The notes below the pieces were generated by a model that had not been told where the DNA came from, searched no databases, and was given only the letters and a program-made list of their open reading frames with translations. A DNA stretch of 41,133 nt from Octopus bimaculoides (Eukaryota): the NCBI RefSeq assembly GCF_001194135.2, contig NC_068982.1, positions 117,879,279 through 117,920,411 on the forward strand, read 5' to 3'. Positions 25,279 through 36,377 of this stretch are shown one piece after another. The translations under genes and the position numbers were made by a program. Within the stretch, counting starts at the first letter, position 1. Each line of letters opens with the position of its first letter.

Positions 25279-26074
25279 CTCTCTCTCATATACACACAGA
25301 CCATCAACATTACTCTCTCTGTCTCGCACACCTCATCAAACATACACACACACAGACATACGCACGTACATCAATTCCTCCGTCTCACGCCAACTTCAAA
25401 ATAATTTCAGTCATAAAACTGTCCATGTCTCTTTTCATTTGACGCCCACTGCAAAAGATCCCCTTTCCCCAAAATACATATTAAAAGAATATTTTCAGTT
25501 GTCCAGCCATTGATCGAGAGATAAAACACAAACTAGCTCCTGCTGACTGCAAAACTCCTGCTAAATTAGCCGCAAAAAACACACACACATACACGCACAC
25601 GTCCATTTCATATGTCTTTCACTTTCTCTATGATTATACACACGTCTATTACAATAGCTGTCACATACATTTTCGTTTTCTACAGGTAAGTATATATTCT
25701 ATAATATAAATTGTTTTCCTATAAGAGTATAGCAATTACTTATTCCATACTTCTTCACTTAGCTTTTATCTTCACTTTTCTTAAATTGGATACGTCTGCT
25801 ATTAATTCTTACATGCAATTTCCCGGTTAATTCATACAGCTTCATTTTCTGCTAAATTAATTCTTAACGTCAACTTCTTAACGCCGCTTTTATTTTTTCC
25901 TAGCCCCCATACTTACCGAGAACAGCGATTAAAACTTATTTTCTAATGCAATTCAAATTTCTTCGACCATTAACACAACCAGTTGCTCACACACCATACG
26001 GTTTCTCATTCAAACAACATAATACGCAGAATTGTCGCATTTATACAGTAGGGAGTTTTGAGGGAGATTTGGCT

Positions 26075-26555
26075 GCTATGCAGAGTTCCAAGGAGGGGGA
26101 GGAATTACTTCCTGGAAAGTTCAAAGCAAGGGGAAGAGGGGAGGAATTACTTCCTAGAAAGACATCCAAATTCCTGAATTTCGAGGGGGTCCTCGCAATT
26201 TCCTAAGGAGTAGCTCATCCTCGGTTCTTTCCAGGAAATCCTCGGAACTTCCAGGAAGTCCTCGGAACTTTCCAGGAGATCCTGAAAAGTTCTCAGAATG
26301 AGCTACTTCCTGGAAAGTGCCAAGGTTTGGTCTTCCTGGAAAACCTCCGAGGATTTCTTGGAAAGATCCGAGGACGAGCTGCTTCATGGAAATTTCTGAA
26401 GACTTCCTGGAAAATTCCGAGGATCTTCCTGCAAATTTCCGGGGATTTGATGAACAATTCCCAGGATGAGCTACTTCCAAGAAAGTTCCGAGGATTTCTT
26501 GGAAAGATCATAGGGCGAGCTTATTCCTGGAAAGTTCCGAGGTTTGGTCTTCCTG
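26075..26555. repeat. GC-richer degenerate minisatellite inside the Helitron (core TTCCTGGAAAGTTCCGAGG)
   Basis: Repeated CTTCCTGGAAA / GTTCCGAGGATTTCTTGGAAAG units that continue into the gap at 26556-26927. Confidence 0.85.
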
Positions 26556-26927
26556 NNNNNNNNNNNNNNNNNNNNNNNNNNNNNNNNNNNNNNNNNNNNN
26601 NNNNNNNNNNNNNNNNNNNNNNNNNNNNNNNNNNNNNNNNNNNNNNNNNNNNNNNNNNNNNNNNNNNNNNNNNNNNNNNNNNNNNNNNNNNNNNNNNNNN
26701 NNNNNNNNNNNNNNNNNNNNNNNNNNNNNNNNNNNNNNNNNNNNNNNNNNNNNNNNNNNNNNNNNNNNNNNNNNNNNNNNNNNNNNNNNNNNNNNNNNNN
26801 NNNNNNNNNNNNNNNNNNNNNNNNNNNNNNNNNNNNNNNNNNNNNNNNNNNNNNNNNNNNNNNNNNNNNNNNNNNNNNNNNNNNNNNNNNNNNNNNNNNN
26901 NNNNNNNNNNNNNNNNNNNNNNNNNNN

Positions 26928-27190
26928 TCTTATGACTCCAATGTCCCTCACTCCGATACGATCTACTAGTTTAAGCGGCTTTAATTTCGTGTCAAACTTT
27001 AATGTGCAATGTCAATAAATAAGGCACAGGGTCAATCATTGCAAAATGTTGGTTTAAATCTCACAGGGCAAGTGTTCTCCCACGGTCAACATTATGTTGT
27101 ATGCTCCCGTGTTTGCAGGTCACAAGTCTATACATTTGTGCATCAGAAGGGAAATCGAGAAACGTTGCCTACAAAGAAGCGCTCCACTGA
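26928..27190 (+). pseudogene. Helitron RepHel Pif1-like helicase C-terminal remnant
   Basis: ..FKRL*FRVKL*CAMSINKAQGQSLQNVGLNLTGQVFSHGQHYVVCSRV../..RNVAYKEAL corresponds to the Pif1/Helitron motifs 'FKR.QFPV.LAFAMTINKAQGQSL...FSHGQLYVA.SRV...NVVYKE.L'. Confidence 0.9.
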
Positions 27191-27743
27191 AAAGACGGCA
27201 TTTCTTCACATCTTCCAAATGACCTCAGCCATCTGCCGCCTCAAAAGCTTCGTACTTGCCGTGCCAATCAACGTAAGTCAATGACACACAACTTCACTCA
27301 TTCACTCTATCTCTCTTTCTGACCCTCATTCTCTCTCACATACACGCACACACACACATACACACACACACACATACACGTCCATTTCATATATCTTTCA
27401 AATTCTGCTCTCTGCAAATAAAATTTTTACAACTGCTTACAAAAAGTGGGATTAATGTATAATTTCTTTCTATGTTCATAATTAAATAAATGTTATAATG
27501 ATTATACAGATATCCAATAAAATAGCTCTCAGAAACAGACTACGTACACATTCTTTCTTCACAACTCCTGAAGCCATTTTCTGACAGGGGGTTGATGAAA
27601 TCTTCAAACAGCTGGAGGCTCCAATCGGAACAGGGGACCCGAAATTATAAGGTTGAGAAACGCTGTTATAGATTATGCCTAAGCGAAAACGATCACAGCC
27701 GCATCGTCCAAACAGGCCGGGTGAAACCGGGTTTAGCTGCTAG

Positions 27744-28299
27744 CATAAATATCAGTAACAATACCAGTTATAACTACCGGAGTAATAACGACGTAATCCT
27801 TGATAATAATTCTATGAATTTGAACAGTACCCCAATTATTAATATGATAAGAAAAACTAATAATAATGGTTGCAATTGCAATTTTAGAGAAATATCACAT
27901 TGCCTGCTATTAGGTAAGGGTCTAGTAGGAAATGTTAATTATAAATGCACAGTAATAACAGAAACTAAAAGTTTTATTTACATAGGGTGCTGTCTAAATA
28001 GGAAAAGAATGTTTGAATAAACAGATTTCATCCTTTAGACTTAGGTATAAAACCAGAAGTCCCTCATTATCTACGAAGATTTGCAAATTAAGAATAATAA
28101 TATTAAATTCGGTTTAAAGTGTGATATAGTGCCTAGAGTTGAGCCATATCCAAATAGCCCATATGAGTGTGGACCATGTTGTATGCGTATATATGAAATA
28201 TCCAATATAGAAATAAAGTTAATTCATAATGAATTAGATCTAAGGGTGTCATGTGTTCATAGGATTATCGGCAACTTTAAATACTTTAGAAGCAGTTAA
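27744..28299 (+). mobile_element. Penelope-like element, right part (GIY-YIG domain), followed by an AT-rich 3' region to ~29200
   Basis: ..NNNGCNCNFREISHCLLLGKGLVGNVNYKCTVITETKSFIYIGCC../..ISSFRLRYKTRSPSLSTKI/QIKNNNIKFGLKCDIV..PY....ECGPCCM..., which contains the Penelope CNC..C.L.G.CL..NV.YKC.V..YIG and C.LC motifs. Confidence 0.8.
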
Positions 28300-29269
28300 T
28301 AATAAATATCCCATACTAATTCTTTGGTGATGTACGTTACTCAGTGCGTACTATCATTCATAGCTTACTCTCCGTGATATTGAAATTTGTTCCCTAATGC
28401 ACTCTAATGACCCTTAGCCCCTCTCATCTGTTATGTATAGCTAAGAACACTCTCTACTTATTGCACTCTTTAGTTACCTGATATTTATGTAATCTGTAAA
28501 ATGGAATGATTATTCCATAGCTTAATTAGAAGTCAGTAGTTTATTATTTAAATTAGTATAACCTAGTAGAATTTATACCCTATTAATTATTACAATATTT
28601 ATTTACCCCTTTTCAAAAGTAAATTCTTTTATATATGGTTGATATAAAATATATTCATCTTTTATACTAGTGGACTTTAAAATTTTCGGTGTACTTTAGA
28701 AATATTTTATAAACTCCTTTTCAAAGTTAAAGTCATCTCTATTACGCTGTGGTATGGTTATCTTCTATTCTTATCTTTAATTGATAAATATAATCCTGTT
28801 ACAATTTTCATCTTTTATTGATAATTATAATCCAGCTGTATTTTTTTCTATAAATCTATATTTTATTTTATATCCTTCATTAATCTTTATATCTTTTATA
28901 TCTTTTTATATAATTTTTATGTCCTATTAAAAAAAAAATTATGCCTTTATATATATTTTGTAGTTCATATACTTTTAGCAGTTCATACACTTTTATATGC
29001 CTCACAGTATGCTGTAGTGTATGCTGTATTTTAAAACACATTATATCCATTATTTGATTGTAGGCCTAAATCTTAACTTTAGTATGTAAATGCATTCGTT
29101 TATATATTTTAAATATCTCTAATTTATTTAAGTTGTACCCGGGATATTGGTTTTTATCATGGCTATCTCAGTTAAGCCTGTATTGACAACAAATTCTACT
29201 TAGCTTAGCGTTTTATATATGTATGTATATTTATATTTATATATTGTTTCAAATTTGTGTGAATGCGTA

Positions 29270-30540
29270 TAGAATAGTATGTCAGTTGAATAAAATTAAA
29301 ACAGTCTTGCTTTCACGTTTTGTATGGTATTATAAGAAATTTAGCGCTTTCATGTCTTTAACTGACATTTGAGTTCGAGACAACCAGCTGAATTTTTTGA
29401 ATACCGTTTTGATCAATCCGCATGTTCTTAAACATCACGGTTTCCCAGGCGTACCGATATCCTGTAACTTGTTTATATTTATTAATCCACATCATTAGCT
29501 TGTCGTTATATTATTGCTGTTCTTTCCGTTCAGAACAGGTTTGAACATTTTAATAAAACTTTTTTTCTTTTATCGTTCTGCCACTTCACTTGTGTCATGT
29601 AGTTTGTGTAAAGGAAAAATTAGACATTTTCTGATCACGTCTCTATATTATCGCTCGCGCGATACAATTTGGTAAACATTGGTGTTGCGGGTTTGTTGTG
29701 TGTGGACACGTGAGTGTTCCGGTAATGCGTTCCCTGCCTCGCCTAGACATAATTCTTCGCATTGAGGGCATTTAATGCAGCAGGACAAATTTCTACTTTT
29801 GCATTTCATATCTGCATTTGCGAAAAGCTGTCTATTTTTGGTTCTAATAGATCTACCTGTACGCATGCATTGACACTTTCCGAACTTGTTATCATTACAC
29901 TGGGATACAGTGAATGTGTTATCCTGTATGTTCATGTTGAATTTTACCTTTATTAATAGTTTCATTAGGTTATATGGTTGCATTTTGCTTAAGATAAATG
30001 TTTGATTAGTTATGTCTATTTTATTTTTTTACGTCTTTTTATGATTGTCAAATTTGTTTTCATGATGTTAAAAATGTTTTGGTGATGCAGAATGTGTATT
30101 ACCAGAAATGGTATTGCGTTCCTTTGAAGGGTTCGTCTTTTTCGCGTTCTTCTAAGTTGTTCTATAGATACCCCTTTTGCTCGTTGCATGCAATTTCTAT
30201 AAGTAGGAGAGGGTATATACATATGTGTGTATTCGTGTGTGCAAGTCGTCTAAGATACCATTAGTCACGGAAACATGCACTCGTATATCTGTCAATAGAG
30301 TGGGTATATTTATCGGAATGTACAGTATTATATAACCATTACATCCGATCTTACCAATCGGTTTTGGGGTAGGGATTCAACGAAGTGTTAGGCAACACTG
30401 CAAACTTGTAACCTTGTGCTCATGAGAAGTAGGTGTTATGGAATGAAATACCCTGACTGCTCACTATTGTTAAAGATGAATAGATACATTCGGTTTTTGG
30501 TTGATGTTTAAAAGATCTTGAAACTAATCGAACAGGGGAT
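29270..30540 (-). mobile_element. Penelope-like element 3' portion (RT thumb, linker, GIY-YIG, 3' UTR)
   Basis: NCMQRAKGVSIEQLRRTRK...NAIPFLV.H..HHQNIFNIMKTNL../..QPYNLMKLLIKVKFN...CNDNKFGKCQCMRTG...ADMKCKSRNLSCCIKCPQCEELCLGEAGNALPEHSRVHTQQ../..IFPLHKL...KEKSFIKMFKPVLN. It is the same family as the 1-786 pieces. The extension above ~30320 is weak. Confidence 0.82.
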
Positions 30541-31292
30541 TAATTTAAGAACTGTCTCTTGGTACGTTGCAACATAACCATCGCCACTGGCGATGGTTGT
30601 TAAATGTCGGGAAGAGTTTTCTGAATAAAGTTTGTGGGAAATGGATTATATATGTATATTAGCTTAAATTCCGCACTCTGTGCGGACGTTTAGCTGGTTC
30701 CTGCGGGGAATAACATGACTATAATACGTCTATAATAAATATATGCACCGGTGGTGTTTGACAAAACGTTAAGGACGGATGAGCGTTAATTCTGTAATGC
30801 AATCATTTTATTGTTCCAGTCCCTTGTTGAATTCCAACAGTTGGTCAATTTGTCCCAATGTTCTTATCGCGACATAAAATTAAGGAAACTTATGTCATTT
30901 ATTTCCCCTTGATTTATGACGTCATCTCACAAACGCCAACCAAGATGACTTGAATGCTGTGAATCGGCCAAGTTTTACTTGCTAGAAATAGCAACCGAAA
31001 TGCTTTAAATTCTGGTCCCGAAAAAGTATGATATTTTGAGCAGACGTAGACTAAAGTACAAGGGTCCAAGACAGGCATTTTCCCGTATATTATATGAATC
31101 AAAGTAAACTGTGCTGCACTCAATCCTTATTTTATACATCTCATCGAAAGTCATCTGTCCACGTGTTATCACTAATTTCATAGCACAGCAATGTGGGATG
31201 AGAAATGTGTATGTGTTTATTTAACAGGTCAGATAGAATGATTTCTTTGACATATTCAAACTTACCAACACATTGCCTGTAGGTTTATATGA

Positions 31293-31324
<32 letters not shown>

Positions 31325-32267
31325 TGCACACAAAGTCACACACACACAGGCGCGCGTACACACGCACGCACATACACTCTCTCTGAAAACCAAACATACA
31401 TATTCAAACATATACACACACATTTATATGTATCTATTTATCAATTTTGCGATAGATAAATTGATAGACAGACAGATAGAATAATATATAGATAGATAGA
31501 TAGATAAATAGCTAGATAGATAGATAAATAGCTAGATAGATAGATAAATCGAAAGACTTATCTGTGTTGGTAGGTATGTGTCTGCTATTGTAGACGTATA
31601 CAGAATGCATACAGAATGGATCTGTATTTGTCTAAATGTGTACAACACACTAATTTCTATTCATTAATGGATATTTTTAGAAAGCCCCTCAAAACCGTAA
31701 TTGCATTAATTAAGTTTAAGTGATACATGGAGAGAAGAAAGCACGTTAAAACGTTTACAAACAGAATTCCAAACGTTTTTCAGATTTTAGTAAAAATATC
31801 TCCCACTGAGAAATCCAGAAATAACGATAGAACGCAAACTATGTGCTAGGCTTTTAACAATTTATACATAAACATATTTATTGCGCTAAGCATGTATTTC
31901 TCGGAATGTGCGTGTTTTGCTCGTATGTTCATACTAATAAATTAATATTAAGAAACGCGCAATTTTACACGCAGGAGCACACACACACACGCACACACAA
32001 ATATTAGACGTCCCATAGAAACATATAAGCACTTTAAGAGTTAATAATTCAATAATTTATATTTCTCTTTAGATTTAAAGTATTAGAAATACAAATCATA
32101 ATCTGATAAATCTTTGAACAAAAGAAATTTAACCTTATAAGATATTGTAAGATTGAAAAGTAGTAGCATTTCAAAGACAGTACAGGACAGAGTTTTAAAT
32201 AGATTCATCTAACCACCTTTGCATGATCGAAATTGGATGAAAATATTGTAAAATTGTCTGAGAAGAA

Positions 32268-32473
32268 AGCTGGCAGAAACGTCAGCCCGCTGGGCAAAAG
32301 GTTAAGAGTCATTTTACCCGTACGTACGTTCTAAGCTGAAATTTCGCTTTTGTCGACTTTGCATTTCATCATTTCGGAGTAGATAAAATAAGTACCAGTA
32401 GAGTATTGGTTTCGATGTAATAGATTTAACCCCTCTTCTATAATTGCTGGCCTTATACCTAAATTCGAAACCA
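32268..32473 (+). mobile_element. tRNA-derived SINE, near full length, diverged
   Basis: AGCTGGCAGAAACGTCAGC...GTTCTAAGCTGAAATTTCGC...GTCGACTTTGCATTTCATCATTTCGGAGTAGATAAAATAAGTACCAG aligns by eye to the 36154 copy. The central domain resembles the Meta/Sauria-type SINE core. Confidence 0.75.
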
Positions 32474-34042
32474 ACATATTCTCTGAGGCAGGAGGTTATC
32501 TTATATTTCATAAAACATTTGAAATTAGAAACATAAATCAGTAGAAATATTGTTATACTTACGTATATAGACACGTGCGTTTAAATGCGTATGTCTACCC
32601 ATGAATATATGATATGTGTATGAATTTGTGTAAGATTTCAGACAATGCATTTTTTTTCGTATGTCATTTAATGTAGAGCAAATATTTCTCAATAATATAC
32701 TAATGTTTATTTATGTATGCAAAGCTGATTTTCCAATCAGAGACGACTCTGAAGTTCCACTTAATGCGAACGTGATAGTAATATAGAATAGAGACAAAGT
32801 TACCGGGAGAATCCTGACCATTGCCTAAATGAATACACACATAGAAGCACGCACATATACACGCACACACACACACACACACATGTACACATACACACAC
32901 ACACACTGAAAGTTGGTTATATACTCTTACATATATACAGATATACATATGTATCTTTATGTGTATGAGTATATGCATGAATAGATACACACGCACACGC
33001 ACATACACAGACTAACACCCACATATATATAAAAATCTGAATATTATTCATCTTGTATTTGTGTTTTGTGTCAGTGTGTGTGCGTGTGTGTGGTGGGGAG
33101 GAGTGCGTGTGAGTGTGTGTGTGGTGGGGAGGAGTGCGTGAGTGCGTGTGTATTCGGTTGAAATATAAAAAATAAGTTTTTATCTTCATCCGCAATATCA
33201 ACTGACCAGCAACAAAATATAAACATGATACATCTTGATTTTGCGGAAGTCAATTTTGAAACGCTGTAAACATTTGGCCTGAAATACTATATTGATGTCT
33301 ATCCTTTTAATAATATATACGAAATATTAGTACACGATTGTAGTTATTACGGAATAGACAACTTAATATTTCTTCCTCCGATTCACATATATATTTCTAC
33401 ACACTATTACCAAATCATGTATACATAATATGATCTATTTATATAGATACCAGGAGGAACTTTTATTTCACGCTAAACACATCCAACTAAAACGTTTGAT
33501 TCTTTGGTTTCAATAGAGCTCAGATTACAAAACATTTGAAAACTCAAGTTATTGTTATGAAAATTGTGTATGAGAATGAATGGCGTCAACGTGAATCCCC
33601 TTATATTTGACATATTTGAATTATTTACCATTGATTGGTACCTATCTAAAATGATTTCTCCTCTCTCGTATTTCTTTCGTCAAACTTGCTGAAGATATTA
33701 GGGACAAAATGTTTAATTTCGTTAAATTTCCCTTACCGTTTGAATACCAAATCTCTTTGGACATTTATCGCCTCATCTTTTAGTGAAGGTGGTTAGCATC
33801 TCTCGACGAGCATAGTTTTCAGTTAATGAAGTTGTAGGTCATTTGCTTTTGCCAGAGATACAATCCTTCTTCTTTAAGTTGAAGGAGACAATTATTTTCA
33901 TGTCTTTTGTGGGTCATCAGCTAAATATTAGGTAGTGCATCGAATGTGTGGGCTTTTCCGGAAGTTTCTTTTCGATATAGATACATTCATACACACGCAC
34001 ACATTCATGCATTCATACACCCACACACACACACATATTTAT

Positions 34043-34180
34043 GCAAGCAGGTTTTGTTGTGTGGTGAGATATTTGCTTTGTCACCCACATGTTTCTGGTT
34101 CCGGACACGTTACGTGCCATTTTGGGGAAATGCCTTCTAAGGTGTGAATTTTGTGGACGCAAACTGAAAGAAGTCCATAG
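34043..34180 (+). mobile_element. Decayed CORE-type tRNA SINE
   Basis: GCAGGTTTTGTTGTGTGGTGAGATATTTGCTTTGTCACCCACATG...TTTTGGGGAAATGCCTTCT...GTGTGAATTTTGTGGACGCAAACTGAAAGAAGTCC follows a recalled abundant octopus SINE consensus. Confidence 0.6.
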
Positions 34181-34863
34181 TATATCTATCTATCTATCTA
34201 TCTATCTCTATCTCTTTATCACTTAGACTGTCTCTCTTTCTTTCTCTCTCTCTCTCTCTCTNNNNNNNNNNNNNNNNNNNNNNNNNNNNNNNNNNNNNNN
34301 NNNNNNNNNNNNNNNNNNNNNNNNNNNNNNNNNNNNNNNNNNNNNNNNNNNNNNNNNNNNNNNNNNNNNNNNNNNNNNNNNNNNNNNNNNNNNNNNNNNN
34401 NNNNNNNNNNNNNNNNNNNNNNNNNNNNNNNNNNNNNNNNNNNNNNNNNNNNNNNNNNNNNNNNNNNNNNNNNNNNNNNNNNNNNNNNNNNNNNNNNNNN
34501 NNNNNNNNNNNNNNNNNNNNNNNNNNNNNNNNNNNNNNNNNNNNNNNNNNNNNNNNNNNNNNNNNNNNNNNNNNNNNNNNNNNNNNNNNNNNNNNNNNNN
34601 NNNNNNNNNNNNNNNNNNNNNNNNNNNNNNNNNNNNNNNNNNNNNNNNNNNNNNNNNNNNNNNNNNNNNNNNNNNNNNNNNNNNNNNNNNNNNNNNNNNN
34701 NNNNNNNNNNNNNNNNNNNNNNNNNNNNNNNNNNNNNNNNNNNNNNNNNNNNNNNNNNNNNNNNNNNNNNNNNNNNNNNNNNNNNNNNNNNNNNNNNNNN
34801 NNNNNNNNNNNNNNNNNNNNNNNNNNNNNNNNNNNNNNNNNNNNNNNNNNNNNTATATATATG

Positions 34864-34897
<34 letters not shown>

Positions 34898-34990
34898 CGT
34901 GTGTGAGTGTGTCTGCGTGCGTGTGTGTGTGTGTGTGTTGCCTCTATATTTAAGAGATGAAGAATTATGTAAATTATTTAAATTTAATGG

Positions 34991-35044
34991 ATATTTGTCC
35001 TCATCTTGTTTGTTGTTAACAACAAGCAAGATGAGGACAAATAT
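34991..35044. repeat. 54-bp spacer-less palindrome (1 mismatch)
   Basis: ATATTTGTCCTCATCTTGTTTGTTGTT|AACAACAAGCAAGATGAGGACAAATAT. Confidence 0.95.
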
Positions 35045-36153
35045 TCGGCAAATGTATATAATGTAAGTAATGTATATATATGCTGGTATTCAAGTTTGTC
35101 CCTGTATGTTTATATGGAACACATTAATAATCATATGACTTTAGTTCCCATGCTTCTATCGTCAGAAGTTGAATGGGCTTCACTTGGAAAGGCCATTCTC
35201 TTGTTTACCACTTTGCCAGCCGTAAAGACATGCCTCAAATCAAAATCTCTCTACTTTGGCCATTTCAGGAATCTAAATAGTACATATAAAATCATGACTG
35301 AGTGATAATAGGAGAGATTGTGACAGAATGTCATAGCTATATCTCTGTTGGACATAGGTTTCCACTGGAAAAGTTAGACTTCTCGTGATTAACGCATCAA
35401 TTATATATAGTTATATGTAGTGTTAGAACTTTTTTTCGCTAATAACGGCTGACGCATACAGTCACTTGTTTCTTTCAATGTGTCTGCAGAGTACATGACA
35501 GAAGCGTTCAATCTTAGGTGTATTACCAAATAACGTTAGAGATATGAATTGATATAAATACAATATTTTGTGAGTAACTCAGTAGTATTCTGAAATTGCT
35601 CAGAAAATGATTTTTTAAACTGCAGATTTAATATTATTTGAATAGTCAGAAATTACTTTTTGATGCTGAAAATTCGAAATATATTATTTAATATATTTCT
35701 ATTAATTATTTGAAATCATCTGTATAGAATAATTTTCAAATGACGCAGATAGTATACGTCAATGTGAATGAAGAAATGTAGAATGAACAAGAGGATAATT
35801 ATCTCCGTTTGTATAGCAATTAAAAATATTATTATACCTTTTCTTATGTTCAATTGGTCTAATGTACTGATGTTCATAAAGTGTAAAGCTATGCTATGTA
35901 ATTGCTAAACGTAAAAGAAAATATATATATTACATCTTAGAAAATAAAATGATTTATAAAAAACCTCAATAAATTATAAATTTATTTCTAGATTTCCTAC
36001 AGTTTTCGATAGATATTGCAATAATGTTGTTTCATTATTTAGGAATCTGGAATGCCGTGAGGGAACGGAGATTATAGTTATTTATTTGATGGACACATTG
36101 CAGGGTATTTTGTATTCCAGTCGCAAGTTAACTCGTAATACATAGATCTATGA

Positions 36154-36290
36154 GGCGGCGAGGTTGCAGAAACGTTAGCACGCCGGGCGGAATGCTTAGC
36201 GGTATTTCGTCTGTCTTCGTGTTCTAAGTTCAAATTCCGCCGCGGTCTACTTTGCCTTTCATCCTTGTGTGTAGTGTAGAAAAGAATATG
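36154..36290 (+). mobile_element. tRNA-derived SINE, internally deleted, with an 11-bp TSD
   Basis: GGCGGCGAGGTTGCAGAAACGTTAGCACGCCGGGCGGAATGCTTAGCGG...AGTTCAAATTCCGCC...CTTTGCCTTTCATCCTT...AAAAGAATATG, with TAGATCTATGA at both 36143-36153 and 36291-36301. Confidence 0.85.
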
Positions 36291-36377
36291 TAGATCTATG
36301 AAAAATGGACTTGCAGAAAGCCATTCTTCATTTAGAAATATTTATGGGCATCTACTTATTTTCAGGGAGGTAAACGT

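Larger units (their letters stand above)
24924..27743 (+). mobile_element. Non-autonomous Helitron with both termini, 2.8 kb including a gap
   Basis: The 5' end is A|TCTATAATATAAAT followed by the Helitron-typical CACGGCCAAACGGCTG...GAAA..TGGCACACA. The 3' end has an imperfect hairpin GCCGGGTGAAACCGGGT (27716-27732) followed by CTGCTAG (CTAG at 27740-27743). There is no TSD, and removing the element rejoins the Penelope frame. Confidence 0.85.

Noticed and set aside
26154-26935. Overlapping 70-200 aa ORFs on both strands
   Set aside because: They arise from the stop-poor minisatellite and the N gap.
28325-28357. Hairpin TGATGTACG..CGTACTATCA just after the Penelope stop codon
   Set aside because: Its position suits a pseudo-LTR hammerhead, but both core strands are non-canonical.
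29460-29505. CTAATGATGTGG..TAAAC in the Penelope 3' UTR (minus strand)
   Set aside because: It is too degenerate and stem I does not pair.
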